A stretch of 64,000 nucleotides of DNA, taken from NCBI GenBank assembly GCA_965221125.1, contig CBDCRW010000006.1, positions 96,001 through 160,000 on the forward strand, read 5' to 3'. Below are positions 61,413 to 64,000 of the stretch, piece after piece. Source of the stretch: Alphaproteobacteria bacterium. GTDB lineage: Bacteria; Pseudomonadota; Alphaproteobacteria; UBA828. The position numbers and the translations under genes were made by a program. Positions within the stretch are counted from its first letter, which is position 1. Each line of letters opens with the position of its first letter. The notes beneath the pieces are model-generated. The model was not told the DNA's origin. It was given only the letters and a program-made list of their open reading frames with translations, and ran no database searches.

Positions 61413-62624
61413 ATGTTGGATAGCAAGCTAGTCAGGCTCGGCGCCGTCGCGGCGCTTGCCGTGGCCGGGAGCTTCGGCGCCCATACCGAGGCGTTCTCCG
61501 CGGAGAAGACCGTGCAGATCGCGGGCTTCGGCGCCAAGTCCGGCGTCGTCCGCTCGTTCGGCATCAACACGGAGGCGGTGTTGAGCGGCGCGATCGAAGC
61601 AGTGAATGCAGGAGGCGGCGTGAAGCTCGGCGACGGCTCCATGGCGATGCTGGAGCTCTCGTTCTACGACGACCGCTGCAACGCCGAGGAAGGCATTTCG
61701 GTGCTGCGGCGCATCGCCGGCAGCGATGCGGTCGTCGCCATCGGCCCGACCTGCTCGAACGTGGCCGAGCCGCTCTTCGGCATCCTGCAGAAGAACGTCG
61801 GCGACGAGGGCGATTCCGGGCTGCAGATCCCGGTCTTCACCGACACCGCCATCAAGGGCGGGCTGGCGAAGATCTCGCAGTGGGCGTTCCGCAACGTCCC
61901 CAACGAGAACGAGATGTACCGGGCGCTGTTCGCGTGGATCAGCACCGAGCACCCGGACCTCAAGACCGTCTACGGCGGCGTCGAGGAGGATTTCGCGCAC
62001 TCCCGCTTCACCTGGCACAAGGTGATGAAGGAGCGCTCGCCCGAGGCCGGCTACGAGGTTCTCGGCGAGTCCAAGTGGCTGCTCAACGACACCAACTTCA
62101 CCACGCAAGTGCGCCAGATGAAGAAGGCGAAGGCCGACATCGTCGCGATCTCGGCCCATCCCTTCACCACCTGCGGCGTGCTGAAGGAGATGAAGCGCCA
62201 GCGCGTGAAGCCGAAGCTGATCGTCGGCCTCACCAGCTCGTCGAGCATGGAGACGCTGCAGGGCTGCGCCGAGCAGGCCGAGGGCATCATCATCCCGACC
62301 AGCTTCGCGCCTGTCACCGAGGCCGCCAAGGCGGCAGCCGACGCGGCGGCGAAGCACGAAGGCAGCGCCGACCTGCACAGCGCCGCCGCCTGGGAGATCG
62401 TGATGATCCTCAAGGAGGTCATGGAAGCGCAGGGCATCTCGGCGGACGGCGATTCGGTGGATGCCGACCGGCGGAAGATCCGTGACGGCCTGGCGAACCT
62501 GAAGGAGACCGACGGGCTCCTCGGCAAGATCCAGCGCACGGACGAGGGCGAGGCGGTCAAGCCCTACCTCTACGTGCACGCCCAAGCCGGCGAGTGGGCC
62601 ATCCTCCACGACCCCTCGCAGTAA
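61413..62624 (+). CDS. Branched-chain amino acid (HAAT) ABC transporter substrate-binding protein
   Basis: AAGGAG RBS; signal peptide; N..GG, DDRC..EEG, IGPTCS, FRN.P and DTNFTTQV. Confidence 0.88.
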   Translation: MLDSKLVRLGAVAALAVAGSFGAHTEAFSAEKTVQIAGFGAKSGVVRSFGINTEAVLSGAIEAVNAGGGVKLGDGSMAMLELSFYDDRCNAEEGISVLRRIAGSDAVVAIGPTCSNVAEPLFGILQKNVGDEGDSGLQIPVFTDTAIKGGLAKISQWAFRNVPNENEMYRALFAWISTEHPDLKTVYGGVEEDFAHSRFTWHKVMKERSPEAGYEVLGESKWLLNDTNFTTQVRQMKKAKADIVAISAHPFTTCGVLKEMKRQRVKPKLIVGLTSSSSMETLQGCAEQAEGIIIPTSFAPVTEAAKAAADAAAKHEGSADLHSAAAWEIVMILKEVMEAQGISADGDSVDADRRKIRDGLANLKETDGLLGKIQRTDEGEAVKPYLYVHAQAGEWAILHDPSQ

Positions 62625-62631
62625 CCCTTAT

Positions 62632-62672
62632 CGGGCGGGTGCGCGCCGCAGCCATCGGCGCACGCCCGCCCG
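62632..62672 (+). terminator. Intercistronic stem-loop after the SBP gene
   Basis: cgggcgggtgcgcgccg / cggcgcacgcccgcccg imperfect inverted repeat. Confidence 0.5.
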
Positions 62673-62708
62673 CATTTCGCCGACGCCTCTTCAGCGGGGG
62701 ATGATCGG

Positions 62709-63590
62709 GTGGACTGGCTCGACTTCTTTCAGTCGATCACGGACGGCTTGCTGTTCGGCTCCATCTACGCGCTCATTGGCATCGGTTTCACCCTCATCTT
62801 CGGGGTGATGCACAAGATCAACCTGGCCTACGGCGCGGCCTCCATCGCCGGCGCCTACGCCAGCATCGCCGTGGCGGCCTACGTGCCGCTGCCGGCGCTC
62901 GTCACCTTCCTCATCGCCGCCATCGCCTCCGGCGGCATCGCGTTCCTCATCTACCTCGCCAACTTCCGCTTCATTCCGCTGGCGAGCCCGCTGGCGACGC
63001 TGATGGCGACCGTCGGCATGCTGATCCTGATCGACGAGATCGTGGTCCACGCGACCGACGGCATGCCCCAGCCCTACCCGGCGCTGTTCGCGGATATCTA
63101 CATCGAGTGGGGCGATTTCGGCCTGCGCGGTGACTTGGTCTTCATCTTCGTGCTTTCGCTGATCGCCATGGTCGTGCTCATGTTCATGCTCTACCGCACG
63201 CGGCTTGGCGTAGCCACGCGCGCGGTGGCGCAGCAGCCTGTCGCGGCCCAGCTCGCCGGCATCAGCCTGGACCGCACGAACGCGCTCACCTTCGTCATCA
63301 CCGGCCTGCTCGGCGGGCTCGCCGGCGCCATGATCGGCGCCTCGGTCGGCGTGCTCTCGCCGCTGCTCGTCGTGCCGATCACGGTCAAGGGCCTGATCGT
63401 CTGCGTCATCGGCGGCCTCGGCAGCATCCCGGGCGCGATCGTGGCCGGCCTCGCCGTCGGCGCCTTCGAGAACTTCTTCCTGGCCTTCCGGGGCGTCACG
63501 GAGCGCGACATGTACGTCATGCTGCTGCTCTTCGTCTTCCTGGTGTTCCGGCCGGGCGGCATCTTCTCGCGCTCGGTGGCGCGCGACTGA
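62709..63590 (+). CDS. Branched-chain amino acid ABC transporter permease (LivH-like)
   Basis: GSIYALIGIGFTLIFGV...INLAYG, TRLG.ATRAVAQ, GGLGSIPGA and FRPGGIF. Confidence 0.92.
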   Translation: MDWLDFFQSITDGLLFGSIYALIGIGFTLIFGVMHKINLAYGAASIAGAYASIAVAAYVPLPALVTFLIAAIASGGIAFLIYLANFRFIPLASPLATLMATVGMLILIDEIVVHATDGMPQPYPALFADIYIEWGDFGLRGDLVFIFVLSLIAMVVLMFMLYRTRLGVATRAVAQQPVAAQLAGISLDRTNALTFVITGLLGGLAGAMIGASVGVLSPLLVVPITVKGLIVCVIGGLGSIPGAIVAGLAVGAFENFFLAFRGVTERDMYVMLLLFVFLVFRPGGIFSRSVARD

Positions 63591-63605
63591 GCGGGGGAGA
63601 AGGCG

Positions 63606-64000
63606 ATGGACTTCTTCTTCGGCCTGCTCCAGATCATCGGCGTCCACACGATCCTGGGGCTCTCGGCCTACGTCGTCCTGCAGACCGGCCAGGTCTCGCT
63701 GGCGCAGGCGGGCTTCTTCTCCATCGGCGCCTACGTCTCCGCCATGCTCACGGTGCTGGAGGGCTGGCACATCATCCCGGCGCTGCTGGTGGCCGCCACC
63801 ATCGCTGGCATCGTCGCCGGCATCGTCGGCTTCCCGGCGCTCCGGATCAAAGGCCTGATGCTGGTGGTGGCGACCATCGCCTTCGGCGAGTTCATCCGCC
63901 TCTTCTGGTTCAACTTCGACTACCAGATCGAGAAGCAGGGCATCGTCGTCGGCCCGCAGGGCGGCGAAGGCTTCAAGCAGATCCGCTTCTTCCCCGAGAA
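63606..64000 (+). CDS. Branched-chain amino acid ABC transporter permease (LivM-like), runs off the window end
   Basis: ATG at 63606 after GGAGAAGG; TGQVSLAQAGFFSIGAY and PALRIKG...ATIAFGE; no stop before the end. Confidence 0.88.
   Translation, partial: MDFFFGLLQIIGVHTILGLSAYVVLQTGQVSLAQAGFFSIGAYVSAMLTVLEGWHIIPALLVAATIAGIVAGIVGFPALRIKGLMLVVATIAFGEFIRLFWFNFDYQIEKQGIVVGPQGGEGFKQIRFFPE

Overview
A 64-kb stretch of a very GC-rich bacterial chromosome. It is most likely an alphaproteobacterium, inferred from the rpmB/hslVU/VUT arrangement, the Mg-type HemB and the REP family. About 55 genes are present. Most are catabolic or transport genes: two hydantoinase/oxoprolinase systems, a flavin monooxygenase, a Rieske oxygenase with a NicX-like dioxygenase, CoA-transferases, amidases and four ABC transporter loci. 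Housekeeping genes include upp, rpmB, hslVU, hemB and dtd. Accessory DNA comprises a Zur-box-linked folE/zur/Zn-ABC module that lacks its binding protein, a truncated Phd antitoxin next to an AT-rich ABC-ATPase-TOPRIM (OLD-like) gene, an intact IS1380-family element with a CTAG duplication, and an AT-rich islet with two related small lipoproteins. The most striking unexplained structure is a two-copy element with conserved ends and no recognisable transposase. Copy B (49234-50103) carries a lone phage Mu gp27/DUF3486-like gene followed by a 10-bp-period tandem array. Copy A (23448-23711) has the same left end (19/22 nt), a degenerate 10-bp-phased array and the same right end (25/27 nt), but no gene. 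All family assignments come from motif recognition by eye, without database searches.
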